A stretch of DNA of 64,000 nucleotides from the NCBI GenBank assembly GCA_040216495.1, contig JAVJPA010000175.1:7333-71332 (forward strand), written 5' to 3'. Both the position numbers and the translations under genes were made by a program. Positions 44,755-55,459 of this stretch are shown here, piece after piece (the first letter of the stretch is position 1; each line of letters starts with the position of its first letter). The DNA comes from Amphiplicatus sp. Lineage in GTDB: Bacteria; Pseudomonadota; Alphaproteobacteria; Caulobacterales; Parvularculaceae. The notes below the pieces were generated by a model, which was not told where the DNA came from, ran no database searches, and saw only the letters and a list, made by a program, of their open reading frames with translations.

Positions 44755-45731
44755 TGAGCAGCCGACCGTCAAAACTCTCACGGCTTTTTTTATGGGCGCC
44801 GTTCGTTCTCGCCGCCCTGCTTGTCGTCGCTTATTACGTCGTCTGGCGCGAGGGAGCGCAGACGATGCGCCGCGCTGTCGATGCGTGGGCGGAGGACCAG
44901 CGCGCCGCGGGCCTGACCGTTTCCTACGACAAGGTCAGCGCTTCGGGTTTTCCGTTTTTTCTGCGCGGCGCCGCCACGAACGCCGTTATCGGCGATGCGC
45001 GGCGGTGGCGATGGAGCGCGGAAAGGCTCAACATCGACACCCTGCCCTATGCGCTCGATCGCCTCGTTTTCTCGGCGACCAATCCCCAGACCCTCGATCT
45101 TGGCGCGCATGGCGTCTGGTCGCTGCGTTCTGACAATGGACGCGCAAGCATTGAAAATGACGACAGCCGCGACTGGCTCGTCAACGTCGAATCCGGACCG
45201 GGTTCGATCGAACGCGCCGACGGCCTCGTTTCGCTTTCGGCCGAGAAATTCCTGCTGTCAGTCGCGCCGGCTGCGAACGATCGCCGACACATCCAGGCGA
45301 GCCTGGTCGTTGATAAATTCTCGACGGCATTGAGCGAGGGTGTCATTGACGCGCCGCGGATAGAAGCATTTGTAGAAATCTCGCAAACCGCCGCCGGACC
45401 CGCGCTCGACTTCCGCCGCATTATCGTTGACGCCGAGGGCGCGCAGATTCTCCTTAAGGGAAACATTCGCGTTGATGAGGCCGGTTATCCGGAAGGCGCG
45501 CTTGAAGCCGACATCGCAAACCCGTCCGGTCTCGCCTTGCTGCTGCAAAAGCTCGGCGCGCTTTCGCCGCAGGAGGCGGAACAAGCTTCCGCCGCGCTCA
45601 CCCTCGCAGCCATCGCCGGCGGCGGCAGGATCCGCGGACCTGTCGCGCTCAAAAACGGCGAAGCGCGCATCGCCGGCGTAAAAATCGCCGATCTGCCGCG
45701 TATCCGATTAAGTCTTGAAACTCAGCCGTAA
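44754..45731 (+). CDS. DUF2125 family protein
   Basis: N-terminal TM; W....R..G, SGFPF, C-terminal L..G....G.V.I; usual position after plsC. Confidence 0.72.
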   Translation: MSSRPSKLSRLFLWAPFVLAALLVVAYYVVWREGAQTMRRAVDAWAEDQRAAGLTVSYDKVSASGFPFFLRGAATNAVIGDARRWRWSAERLNIDTLPYALDRLVFSATNPQTLDLGAHGVWSLRSDNGRASIENDDSRDWLVNVESGPGSIERADGLVSLSAEKFLLSVAPAANDRRHIQASLVVDKFSTALSEGVIDAPRIEAFVEISQTAAGPALDFRRIIVDAEGAQILLKGNIRVDEAGYPEGALEADIANPSGLALLLQKLGALSPQEAEQASAALTLAAIAGGGRIRGPVALKNGEARIAGVKIADLPRIRLSLETQP

Positions 45732-46075
45732 AGCTTGCCTAGCGCCGGCGCATCGGAGCGCTCTTCGACGATGCGCGCGAAACGGTCGAGATAAAGCGAC
45801 CCGTCCGGCGTCTTCTGCACAAGCACGATGCGCTTGTCCTTGGAGTCGCGGATGCGGCGCACGAGGCCGAGGATCGACAACGCGTCGAGCGCGCGCGAAA
45901 TCGCCGGCTTCGGCACATTGAGATCGCGCGCCAACCCGCGAACCGTATGCGGTCCCGGATTCAGGTAGACCGTCATCAGGATCGCCCATTGCCGCATCGA
46001 CAGGTCAGGACCTTCCGCGCGCACGGCGTCCGCCATCACGTCGCGCCAGCTTCCAAGAATGTCGATCGACGCCAT
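45722..46075 (-). CDS. MarR-family transcriptional regulator
   Basis: DLSMRQ.AIL, TVRGLA..L.V.KPAISRALD.L, D.R.V. Confidence 0.88.
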   Translation of the reverse strand: MASIDILGSWRDVMADAVRAEGPDLSMRQWAILMTVYLNPGPHTVRGLARDLNVPKPAISRALDALSILGLVRRIRDSKDKRIVLVQKTPDGSLYLDRFARIVEERSDAPALGKLYG

Positions 46076-46197
46076 CGGTCCAGTAATCGCCCTGCCGCAG
46101 GCCCCTGAGGACCCAGCGCTTTAAGCCTTGGACGGTGCAACTGTTCGCCGGGAAAGGGCAAGAGGCGAGCGACCGGGTTTGACTGCCGCCCGAGCCC

Positions 46198-47571
46198 TCA
46201 CCCTGTCCCGAACCGTCTTGTGATGACCCGATCCAACGCCCGCATGGCCTGCGCCTCGCCGCCCACCGGCCGGCCGGGCGCGCTCTTCGGCCGCCATGCG
46301 AAAATGTCGAAATGCGCCCAGGAAACATCCTCCGGAACGAAGCGCCTCAGGAACAGCGCCGCCGTAATCGAGCCCGCAAAGCTGCCTGTGGCGGAATTGT
46401 TGAGATCGGCGATGCCTGACGAAAGCATGGAGTCGTAGTTCCGCCAGAGCGGGAGCCGCCAGATGGGATCAGCGATGGCGGCGCCGGCTTCGGCGATGGC
46501 GGCGGCGAGCGTTTCGTCGTCCGTATAAAATGGCGGCAGATCAGGCCCCAACGCCACGCGCGCCGCGCCGGTCAGCGTCGCCAAGGTGATCATCATCGCC
46601 GGCTTTTCTTCGCCGCCATAGCTGAGCGCATCGGCGAGGACAAGACGCCCTTCCGCGTCCGTATTGCCGATCTCGACGGTGAGTCCTTTGCGACTTTTGA
46701 GAACATCGCCGGGCCGGTAGGCGGAACCGGATACGGCGTTCTCGACAGCCGGAATCAACACCCGAAGACGCACATTGACGCCCGCATCCATGATCATCTG
46801 GGCCAGCCCGAGCGCATTAGCGGCCCCGCCCATATCTTTCTTCATCAGCAGCATGCCGGATGCGGGTTTGAGATTGAGACCGCCTGAATCGAACGCGACG
46901 CCCTTGCCGATGATCGTCACTTTAGGCGCATCCTCGCGCCCCCAGGTGAGATCGATCAGGCGCGGCGCCACCGCAGCGGCGCGGCCCACGGCATGGATCA
47001 TCGGAAAATTGCGCGCAAGAAGCTCCTCGCCGACGATGCACTCGATGTCGGCGCCGAAGCGTCCGGCGATCTGTCGCGTCTCATCTTCTATTTTCGCCGG
47101 CGACATGTCGCCGGCCGGCGTATTGACGAGGTCGCGCACCAGTCCGGTCGCTTCGGCCGCACGCAACGCCGCCGTCACATCGACCCCTTGCTGAGCGATG
47201 AGGCGCGCAGCGACGGGCTTCTGTTTCTTGTAGCGATCGAAACGATAGGCGCCGAACAGCCAGCCAAGCGCAGCCGCGTCTGCGGCGGGCTGTTCCGTCT
47301 TGACGGCGAAAACATAATCGCCCTCGGGCAACCGTTCGGCCGCGGCCGCGGCGACAAACGGATCGCTGTCGTCGCCAACGCCAAGCAGAACGCCTTCGTC
47401 GCCGACAAGCACCCCGCCGGCTTCGCCCTGAAAGCCGTTGAGCCGCGCCAGAGCCGCAAGCTCTTCCGGCGCGCCGGCGTCGCTGACGGAAATCTTGTCG
47501 CCGACGCGATAAATCGGCTTCGCCGCTTTCGCCGCTTCGCTGTCATAGTCCCGCAAGAGATCAAGCCGCAT
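46198..47571 (-). CDS. Leucyl aminopeptidase (M17)
   Basis: GKGVAFDSGGLNLK, MKKDMGGAA, NTDAEGRL.LADAL, TLTGAA. Confidence 0.93.
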   Translation of the reverse strand: MRLDLLRDYDSEAAKAAKPIYRVGDKISVSDAGAPEELAALARLNGFQGEAGGVLVGDEGVLLGVGDDSDPFVAAAAAERLPEGDYVFAVKTEQPAADAAALGWLFGAYRFDRYKKQKPVAARLIAQQGVDVTAALRAAEATGLVRDLVNTPAGDMSPAKIEDETRQIAGRFGADIECIVGEELLARNFPMIHAVGRAAAVAPRLIDLTWGREDAPKVTIIGKGVAFDSGGLNLKPASGMLLMKKDMGGAANALGLAQMIMDAGVNVRLRVLIPAVENAVSGSAYRPGDVLKSRKGLTVEIGNTDAEGRLVLADALSYGGEEKPAMMITLATLTGAARVALGPDLPPFYTDDETLAAAIAEAGAAIADPIWRLPLWRNYDSMLSSGIADLNNSATGSFAGSITAALFLRRFVPEDVSWAHFDIFAWRPKSAPGRPVGGEAQAMRALDRVITRRFGTG

Positions 47572-47624
47572 GGAACGCTCCGTTAACTTCTTATTTCCCG
47601 GGCCTGAACATCACGCGGCCTACG

Positions 47625-47640
47625 GTTAAACATTTCTTGA
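47625..47640 (-). promoter_or_regulatory. Candidate CtrA box in the pepA/tadD divergent spacer
   Basis: Minus strand TCAA-N7-TTAAC (one mismatch to TTAA-N7-TTAAC); extra GTTAAC half-site at 47582-47587. Confidence 0.5.
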
Positions 47641-47693
47641 ACGTATTTCCGGATGATGCGGCCGAAATATCGACTCTGATCGAGGTGAGACCT

Positions 47694-48722
47694 ATGGCCG
47701 TCCGCAACGCCGGAAGCGCCGGTTTAATGACTAAATACGCTGCTGCGGGGCTTTGCGCCATCCTGATGGCGGGCTGCGCGTCAAGCGGGGGCAAGGCGAA
47801 CGTCGCCAGTCCCGGCGGCAAGGAATACAAGGAAGCCATCGGCGTCTTCACGAATCCCGAAGCCGATCCTTCTTCTCTGGACCCGATCGCCGCCGCCGCT
47901 TTCTGGGGCACGCGCTTCGACCGCGAACCGCAGAGCGCCGAGATGGCCGTGCGTTACTCAGGCGCCCTGCGCAAAATCGGTTCGACCAAGGAGGCCGTCT
48001 CGGTCATGTCGAAAGCGTCGAAGCGTCATCCTGACGACGCCGACGTCAATCTTGAGTATGGAAAAGCGCTCGTCGAAGACGGTCGCTCATTCGAAGCGGT
48101 GCGCTATTTCGAAGCCGCTCTCGAAACGCGCAAAACCGACTGGCGCGCGCTTTCGGCTTACGGCGTTTCGCTCGACCAGATCGGCGAGCATGAATTGGCG
48201 CGTCAAAAGTATGACGCTGCGCTCGCGCTTGCCCCTGAGGCGGCAAGCGTATTGAGCAACAAAGGGCTCTCGTTCGCGCTTTCAGGCGATCTTTCGAGCG
48301 CCGTCAATGTCATGCGCGCGGCGGCGACCAGCCGCAAGGGCGACGCCCGCATCCGCCAGAACTACGCGCTCGTGCTGGCGCTGAAAGGCGATCTCAAGGA
48401 AGCCGAACGCCTCGCCCGCTCGGACCTGCCGCCGCAGGTCGCCAACCAGAACGTGCAGTTCTTCCGCTCCCTGATGAACCAGCCGGCCTATTGGCAGGAC
48501 TTCGCAGCTAGCGATTTCGAAGCGCCTGCGTTCGACGAGCCCGCCCCCGCGCCGGCGCTGCCGAACGCGCCTTCCGTCGCGCCCAAGCCGCTGCCGAGAC
48601 TTGAAGAAGAGCCGAAGCCGGAAGAACAGCGCGACCCAAGCGCCCCGATCGCGCTCGGCGCCCCGGTATCGGCGATCAACACGTCAACCGACGGGGATCT
48701 CGCGCCGGAACTCAAGAAATAA
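47694..48722 (+). CDS. TPR lipoprotein, TadD/CpaO-like pilus assembly protein
   Basis: Lipobox LMAGC; TPRs; LSNKGLS.AL.G, RIRQN.ALVL.L.G...EAE. Confidence 0.82.
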   Translation: MAVRNAGSAGLMTKYAAAGLCAILMAGCASSGGKANVASPGGKEYKEAIGVFTNPEADPSSLDPIAAAAFWGTRFDREPQSAEMAVRYSGALRKIGSTKEAVSVMSKASKRHPDDADVNLEYGKALVEDGRSFEAVRYFEAALETRKTDWRALSAYGVSLDQIGEHELARQKYDAALALAPEAASVLSNKGLSFALSGDLSSAVNVMRAAATSRKGDARIRQNYALVLALKGDLKEAERLARSDLPPQVANQNVQFFRSLMNQPAYWQDFAASDFEAPAFDEPAPAPALPNAPSVAPKPLPRLEEEPKPEEQRDPSAPIALGAPVSAINTSTDGDLAPELKK

Positions 48723-48752
48723 AACCCCGTTTTGGGGGGCTAGGGCGACAGG

Positions 48753-48780
48753 ACGGCCGCTCCCCGGAGCGGCCGTTTCC
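48753..48780. terminator. Intrinsic terminator between the convergent tadD-like and GST genes
   Basis: ACGGCCGCTC-CCCG-GAGCGGCCGT followed by TT. Confidence 0.65.
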
Positions 48781-48793
48781 GTTTCAGGCGCAT

Positions 48794-49465
48794 TCATGCG
48801 AAGGCGTAAGGGCCGCCTCGCTCCAGCGCGCGTTTGTACGCCGGGCGCGCATGGATTTTTTCAAGAAACGCCGCAAGCTTCGGATAGGTTTTCGCCGTTA
48901 GTCCGGCGCGCTGCGCCGAAGCCTCAAGCGGAAAACTCATCATCACATCAGCGGCGCTGAATTCCGGCCCGGCGAACCATTCGCTCTTGCCAAGCTCGCC
49001 CTCCAGATAGTCGAGCTGCGCCTTGAGGTTCGGTTCGATGAACGAGGAAAGCGCCCGATCGGCGATGCTTTTCGCAATCGGCTTGGCGAAGAAGGGCATC
49101 TTCGCCTCCTTGATCCGGACGAAGAAGAGCTTGAGCAACAGGGGCGGCATGGCGCTGCCCTCGGCGAAATGCAGCCAATAGCGATACCGCAGAAATTCCA
49201 GCGACCCGCGCGCCGGCGTCAGCCGGCCGCCGCCATGCGTTTCGACGATATACTCGATGATCTCGCCGGTCTCCGCGATGACAAGGCCGCCGTCTTCAAT
49301 GACGGGCGACTTGCCGAGGGGGTGGATTTTCTTCAATTCGGGCGGCGCGAGCATGGTCGTCTTGTCGCGTTCGTAATGCTTGATGTCATAATCCAGCTTC
49401 AGCTCCTCGAGCAGCCAAAGCACGCGCTGCGATCTCGAATTGTTGAGATGGTGGACGAGAATCAT
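48794..49465 (-). CDS. Glutathione S-transferase
   Basis: HHLNNSRSQRVLWLLEEL, HPLGKSPVI, AETG.IIEY, W.HFAEGS.MP, SAAD.MM. Confidence 0.93.
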   Translation of the reverse strand: MILVHHLNNSRSQRVLWLLEELKLDYDIKHYERDKTTMLAPPELKKIHPLGKSPVIEDGGLVIAETGEIIEYIVETHGGGRLTPARGSLEFLRYRYWLHFAEGSAMPPLLLKLFFVRIKEAKMPFFAKPIAKSIADRALSSFIEPNLKAQLDYLEGELGKSEWFAGPEFSAADVMMSFPLEASAQRAGLTAKTYPKLAAFLEKIHARPAYKRALERGGPYAFA

Positions 49466-49920
49466 TCGGCGGTTCCTTTTTCGACGCCAGGTTCGGCAAG
49501 GTGCAGTATGGGAAACGGCCGACCGTCCGAATCGAGCGGCGAGCGGCCGATTTGGACAAACCCATACTTCAAATAGAACGCTGTCGCGCGCGGATTCTGC
49601 TCGTTCACGTCAACCTTCAAGGAACCCTTCAGGGTGCGCGCATGATCCAGAAACGCCCGGCCAACGCCGCGCCCATGACAAGAAGGGTCGACAAATAATG
49701 CTTCAACGACGTTGCCGGCCAGTCCCATAAAAGCAATCGGCGCGCCTTCATCGTCGCGAGTTACATACAATTCCAGCGCAGGTAACGCATGGTCGCGCAC
49801 GGCGTCGCGAATGCTGACGATATCGTCCTCGCAAAGAAAATCATGCGTTGCGCGAACCGCGCGCTCCCACACGGCGAGCAGCGCGGCATGATCGGCAGTC
49901 TTCGCCGGTTCTATTTTCAT
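49462..49920 (-). CDS. GNAT acetyltransferase (YjaB-like)
   Basis: WERAVRATHDFL, LFVDP..HGRGVG, DVNEQNP.A..FY...GF. Confidence 0.9.
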   Translation of the reverse strand: MKIEPAKTADHAALLAVWERAVRATHDFLCEDDIVSIRDAVRDHALPALELYVTRDDEGAPIAFMGLAGNVVEALFVDPSCHGRGVGRAFLDHARTLKGSLKVDVNEQNPRATAFYLKYGFVQIGRSPLDSDGRPFPILHLAEPGVEKGTAE

Positions 49921-49941
49921 TCCAACCTCTTGTGGACGGCG

Positions 49942-51045
49942 TCAGTACAATGTCGCCATCGCGTCTTTTGTAAACGCCTCAAGCTCATCCATCCGGCCGT
50001 CGCGCACCTTGCTAGCCCAGTCAGGGTCTTTCAAAAGGGCCCGGCCGACGGCGATGAGGTCGAACTCGTCGCGCTCCATCCGCTCGACAAGACCGTCCAG
50101 ACTGGCGGGCTTGGACGCTTCGCCCGCATAGGCGGCGATGAACTCGCCGGAAAGACCGACCGACCCGACGGAAATCGCCGGCTTGCCGGTGATCTTCTTT
50201 GCCCAACCCGCGACATTGAGGTCGGAACCGTCGAAGGCTGGCTCCCAGAAACGACGCTGGGAGAGATGGAAAATGTCGATCCCGGCATCGACAAGCGGCG
50301 TCAGCCATTGCTCGAATTCCACTGGCGTCTCGGCGTTCTTCGCATCGAAGTCTTGCTGCTTCCATTGCGACAGGCGGATGATAAGCGGAAAGTCCGGTCC
50401 CACCGCCTTGCGCGTCCGGCGAATGATCTCGCAGGCGAAGCGCGTGCGGCCCGCCCAATCGCCCCCCCATTTGTCAGCCCGCAGATTGCTTTTGGCCCAG
50501 AAGAAGCTGTCGATGAGGTAGGAATGGGCGCCGTGGAACTCGGCGCAGTCGAAGCCAAGTTCCTTTGCGGCGACGGCGCCGGCTACATATTCCTCGATAG
50601 CGGTTTCTATTTCCGCCTCGCTCATGGGCGCCCACAGGGGCGCTCCCGGCATTTTCAGACCCGAAGCCGACCAGGAAGGGACATCAGGCGCGCTGGTTTT
50701 CTTCGGATTGCGGAACGGGCCTTCATGCCAGAGCTGGATGCCCATGCGTCCGCCGGCGGCCTTTACTCCGGCGATCACCTTTTTCCAGCCGGCTTTCGCC
50801 TCATCCGTAACGATGTTGGGCACATTGGGCGTGCCAATGGCGGTCGCCGTGTTGGTGTGGACGCCTTCGGAAAGGATGAGGCCGACACTGCCCTCGGCGC
50901 GGCGGCGGTAGTAATCGGCGACATTCTCGCCGGGGACGGCGCCCGGCGAGAATGAGCGCGTCATCGGAGCCATGACGATGCGGTTCGGCAGAGCCAGCGT
51001 CCCATATTTGAACGGCTTGAAGAGAATATCGGTGGAGAGGGCCAT
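49942..51045 (-). CDS. NADH:flavin oxidoreductase (Old Yellow Enzyme family)
   Basis: NRIVMAPMTR, YYRRRA, QLWH.G, EFHGAHSYLID.F, RLSQWKQQD, VGRALL.DP; true start at MALSTD. Confidence 0.92.
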   Translation of the reverse strand: MALSTDILFKPFKYGTLALPNRIVMAPMTRSFSPGAVPGENVADYYRRRAEGSVGLILSEGVHTNTATAIGTPNVPNIVTDEAKAGWKKVIAGVKAAGGRMGIQLWHEGPFRNPKKTSAPDVPSWSASGLKMPGAPLWAPMSEAEIETAIEEYVAGAVAAKELGFDCAEFHGAHSYLIDSFFWAKSNLRADKWGGDWAGRTRFACEIIRRTRKAVGPDFPLIIRLSQWKQQDFDAKNAETPVEFEQWLTPLVDAGIDIFHLSQRRFWEPAFDGSDLNVAGWAKKITGKPAISVGSVGLSGEFIAAYAGEASKPASLDGLVERMERDEFDLIAVGRALLKDPDWASKVRDGRMDELEAFTKDAMATLY

Positions 51046-51102
51046 GGGCGGGCTGCGTCCTTTCTGGGAAAGCGGAAATCGACAGGACCATAGGGGCGCT
51101 GA

Positions 51103-52236
<1,134 letters not shown>

Positions 52237-52245
52237 ACGCTTCGC

Positions 52246-52830
52246 ATGATCCCGCAGCGCCACGCTCATTCGAAAATCGGACTGCTCGGCGGCTCCTTCA
52301 ATCCGCCGCATCGGGGCCATCGCGAAATTTCGCTCGCCGCCCTCGACTGGCTGGGGCTTGAAGCAGTGTGGTGGCTCGTCAGTCCCGGCAATCCGCTGAA
52401 AGACCCTGACACCTACATGCCGTATGCAGAGCGGCTGTGGCGGGCGAGGCGCATCGCCGACCATCCGAGCATCGTGATCTCGAATTTCGAAGAACGGCGG
52501 CGCCTTCAGTATACGGTCGATACGCTGGCCGCAGTCACCGACTTATGGCCGCAAATCCGCTTTGTGTGGCTGATGGGCGCCGACAGCCTTGCAACCTTCC
52601 ATCTCTGGAAGGACTGGAAAACCATCGCGACCCTCGCCCCGTTGGCGGTGTTCAGCCGGCCTGGATTTGAGACCGCCGCAGAGACCAGCGAAGCAGGCAC
52701 GGAACTCGCCTTGTTCCGTCTGCCCGAAAGCGAAGGCGGACGCCTTGCGGACGCCGACCCGCCCGCCTGGGCCTTCTATTCGGCGACCGCCAACCCCATC
52801 TCTTCAACAGAACTGCGGAAAGGCCGGTAA
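52246..52830 (+). CDS. nadD: Nicotinate-nucleotide adenylyltransferase
   Basis: GLLGGSFNPPHRGH, YTVDTL, WLMGADSL..FH.W, ISSTELR. Confidence 0.92.
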   Translation: MIPQRHAHSKIGLLGGSFNPPHRGHREISLAALDWLGLEAVWWLVSPGNPLKDPDTYMPYAERLWRARRIADHPSIVISNFEERRRLQYTVDTLAAVTDLWPQIRFVWLMGADSLATFHLWKDWKTIATLAPLAVFSRPGFETAAETSEAGTELALFRLPESEGGRLADADPPAWAFYSATANPISSTELRKGR

Positions 52831-53020
52831 TTCGCGACTGGGAACCGCCAGATTGCCTTGGGTGTTTCAAAAGCGCACAGAGAGCCCGGAACGTGCCTTT
52901 TGAGCAACAATCCTGGCCCGGCGAAGCGCTTGGCCCGGTCTGTGAACGACGGTAGGGTTACAACTGCGGACGAGGGTCCGCGCAACATATAGGAGGAAAG
53001 CGCTGAATTCTCAGCCCGGT

Positions 53021-53476
53021 ATGGCGGCGACCCGTAAAGCCGCACTGAAAGTAGTCGCAGGCGCCGCAAGCAACGGCGAGACTGGCGAAGGCGGGCGAGG
53101 GCTTGAAGCTCTCCCTCCTGAAGAGCGCAGCCGGCGCATTCTCGAAATCATCCTGACCGAACTCGACGACGACAAGGCCGAAGAGATCGTCACTATCGAT
53201 CTCGGCGGAAAGTCAGATATCGCCGACGCCATGATCATCGCATCGGGCAGGTCAGCGCGCCATGTGGGCGCGATGGCGGACAAGATCGTCCGCCTTCTCA
53301 AGGAAGAAGGGTTCGGCCGCGCTCGCATGGAAGGCGCGCCGGCCTGCGACTGGGTGCTGATCGACGCTGAAGACGTGATCGTTCATTTGTTCCGGCCGGA
53401 AGTGCGCGCCTTTTACAATCTGGAGCGCATCTGGTCGGAGGCTGCCCGCTCGCCGTCGACGATCGTCGACGCCTGA
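53021..53476 (+). CDS. rsfS: Ribosome silencing factor RsfS
   Basis: LDDDKAEEIV.IDL, SGRS.RHV, WVLID..DVIVHLF.PE.R.FYNLE. Confidence 0.93.
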   Translation: MAATRKAALKVVAGAASNGETGEGGRGLEALPPEERSRRILEIILTELDDDKAEEIVTIDLGGKSDIADAMIIASGRSARHVGAMADKIVRLLKEEGFGRARMEGAPACDWVLIDAEDVIVHLFRPEVRAFYNLERIWSEAARSPSTIVDA

Positions 53477-53504
53477 TCCGAAGCGAGCCGCTGGAGGCGG
53501 ATCT

Positions 53505-53987
53505 ATGCGGCTTATTATCGCCGCCGTCGGGCGGCGGAGAAACGCCCCTGAAGCGGCCCTGATTGACGACTATGCGGCGCGCATCCGCGCAGGCGGACGC
53601 GCCGTCGGTTTTTCAAGCTTTGACCTCGCGGAAGTCGAAGCCCCCCGGGGCATGGAGGGCGCAGCGCGGCAATCGCGCGAAGCGGGCCTCCTCGCTGCGG
53701 AGATTCCGGACGCGGCGCGCCGGATCGTTCTCGACGAAAAAGGCAAATCCTTCAGCAGCGAGGAATTCGCCGCCCTGGTCGGCGGTTGGCGCGATCAGGG
53801 CGCGCCCGCCGTCGCTTTCGTCATCGGCGGCGCGGACGGGCACGCCGATTCGATTCGCAAAGGGGCCGACCGGCTCATGGCGTTCGGGCCGGCCACATGG
53901 CCGCACATGCTTGTCAGGGCGATGCTGTGCGAGCAGATTTACCGCGCCATGACGATTCTCGCCGGACATCCCTATCACCGCGTATGA
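53505..53987 (+). CDS. rlmH: 23S rRNA pseudouridine-1915 N3-methyltransferase
   Basis: LDE.GK..SS..FA, F.IGGADG, TWPH.LVRAML.EQIYRA.TIL.GHPYHR. Confidence 0.94.
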   Translation: MRLIIAAVGRRRNAPEAALIDDYAARIRAGGRAVGFSSFDLAEVEAPRGMEGAARQSREAGLLAAEIPDAARRIVLDEKGKSFSSEEFAALVGGWRDQGAPAVAFVIGGADGHADSIRKGADRLMAFGPATWPHMLVRAMLCEQIYRAMTILAGHPYHRV

Positions 53988-55246
53988 AGCTGTTTTTTCT
54001 CGCCGTCTCTGTGGGCGCGCTGATTGGCGCGGCCCCCGGGGCCGCCGCTCAGCAAAGCGAACGCCAGACGGCGCAGCGCGAAAAAGAACTCGCTGACATT
54101 GAAGCGCGGCTGAAAGCCCGCGCTGAAGAAGAGCGCCGCCTCAAGAACGAGGCGGAGGCGCGCGAAAAAGAAGTGCAGGCGCTTCGATACCGGATGGTCG
54201 AGGCTGCCAATTCGTTGCAGCAGGCGGAAAAGCGCATCACAGAAATCGCCGACGAGATCGCCCGGCTCGACGAGGAAGAAGCGACCATCGCCGCATCGCT
54301 GTTCGTCGAGCGCGGCAATCTGGGCGACGTGCTCGCCGCGCTGCAGTCCCTTGAGATGGGACGCCCTCCCGCACTGCTCGTGTCGCCAAACGACGCCAAC
54401 AAGGCGGCGCGCGCGGCGATGCTTCTTTCAGGCGCGGCGCCGGCGCTCGAATCTCGCGCCAGCGCGCTCAAGATCGCCCTTGACGGATTGACGCGCGTGC
54501 GCGCCGAACGCGATCGCGAGCGCCAGGCGTTTGCACGAACCAACGCCGATATCGCAGACCGGCGCGCCATTCTCGCCGAGCTTCTGGAAAAGAAGATGCA
54601 GGAACGCGACGTCGCCGCGAGCCTTGCGCTCGCCGCCCAGCGCGAGACGGCCGCGCTCGCCGCCCGGGCCACCTCCTTGCGCGAAGTGATACGCCGGCTT
54701 GAGCGTCTGGCGAGCGTGATCACGCCGCGTCTCAAACCGGCGCCGCCGCGCCCCGACGCGCCTGCTCTCTCGGCGGCGCCATCACCGCGCCCAACAGTCC
54801 GCACCTCGGAGTTGTTCAAGCCGTCCCGTCCCTTCGCCGCCGCCAAGGGCGCGTTGAGGCCGCCGGTGGTCGGACGCATCGCCGGAACGTTCGGCGGCCC
54901 CAAGCCCGAAGGCGGACGTTTTGACGGGCTGCGATTCGCGGTCCGCGATCAGGCGATTGTGACCGCTCCCTACGAGGCGAGTATCGCATTCGCCCGGGCG
55001 TGGGGACCGATCGGCAACCTTCTCGTTCTGGATGTGGGCGACGGCTACCATATATTAATGATGGGAGTCGGCGGGTTCCTCGTGCAGGAAGGCCAGAGAG
55101 TGGCCGCCGGGGAACCGTTAGGATCGGTTTCCGCCCCTGATGACGAAAATGAAGCGAATGTGGACTTCGAGATTCGCAAGAATGGGGACCCTGTTAACCC
55201 CTCTTTGTGGCTCTCACGCGAGAGTGTTGAGGAAATGGCGCTTTGA
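53984..55246 (+). CDS. envC: Murein hydrolase activator EnvC (coiled coil + M23-like domain)
   Basis: Signal peptide, long coiled coil, L.PPV.G, V.APY...I.FA, L.LD.GDGY; ATGA overlap with rlmH. Confidence 0.85.
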   Translation: MKLFFLAVSVGALIGAAPGAAAQQSERQTAQREKELADIEARLKARAEEERRLKNEAEAREKEVQALRYRMVEAANSLQQAEKRITEIADEIARLDEEEATIAASLFVERGNLGDVLAALQSLEMGRPPALLVSPNDANKAARAAMLLSGAAPALESRASALKIALDGLTRVRAERDRERQAFARTNADIADRRAILAELLEKKMQERDVAASLALAAQRETAALAARATSLREVIRRLERLASVITPRLKPAPPRPDAPALSAAPSPRPTVRTSELFKPSRPFAAAKGALRPPVVGRIAGTFGGPKPEGGRFDGLRFAVRDQAIVTAPYEASIAFARAWGPIGNLLVLDVGDGYHILMMGVGGFLVQEGQRVAAGEPLGSVSAPDDENEANVDFEIRKNGDPVNPSLWLSRESVEEMAL

Positions 55247-55459
55247 GGAACCGGAAGGCACCGATTTCATTGGTTAAGGGTCTGGACCCCGCCAGAGATT
55301 TGGCCGCAAGATTGGCGCATTCTGGCGCTAGGGTGTTGATCTGAGATCCTAAAAGCGCATGCTGGGCGTGAATGTGAACGTGCTTTGAACCCGTAGCGAT
55401 CCTCGCCTCAAAGCGTGCTCGGGCGATGCAAAGACCAACGACTGCAGGAAAGTGAAGCG

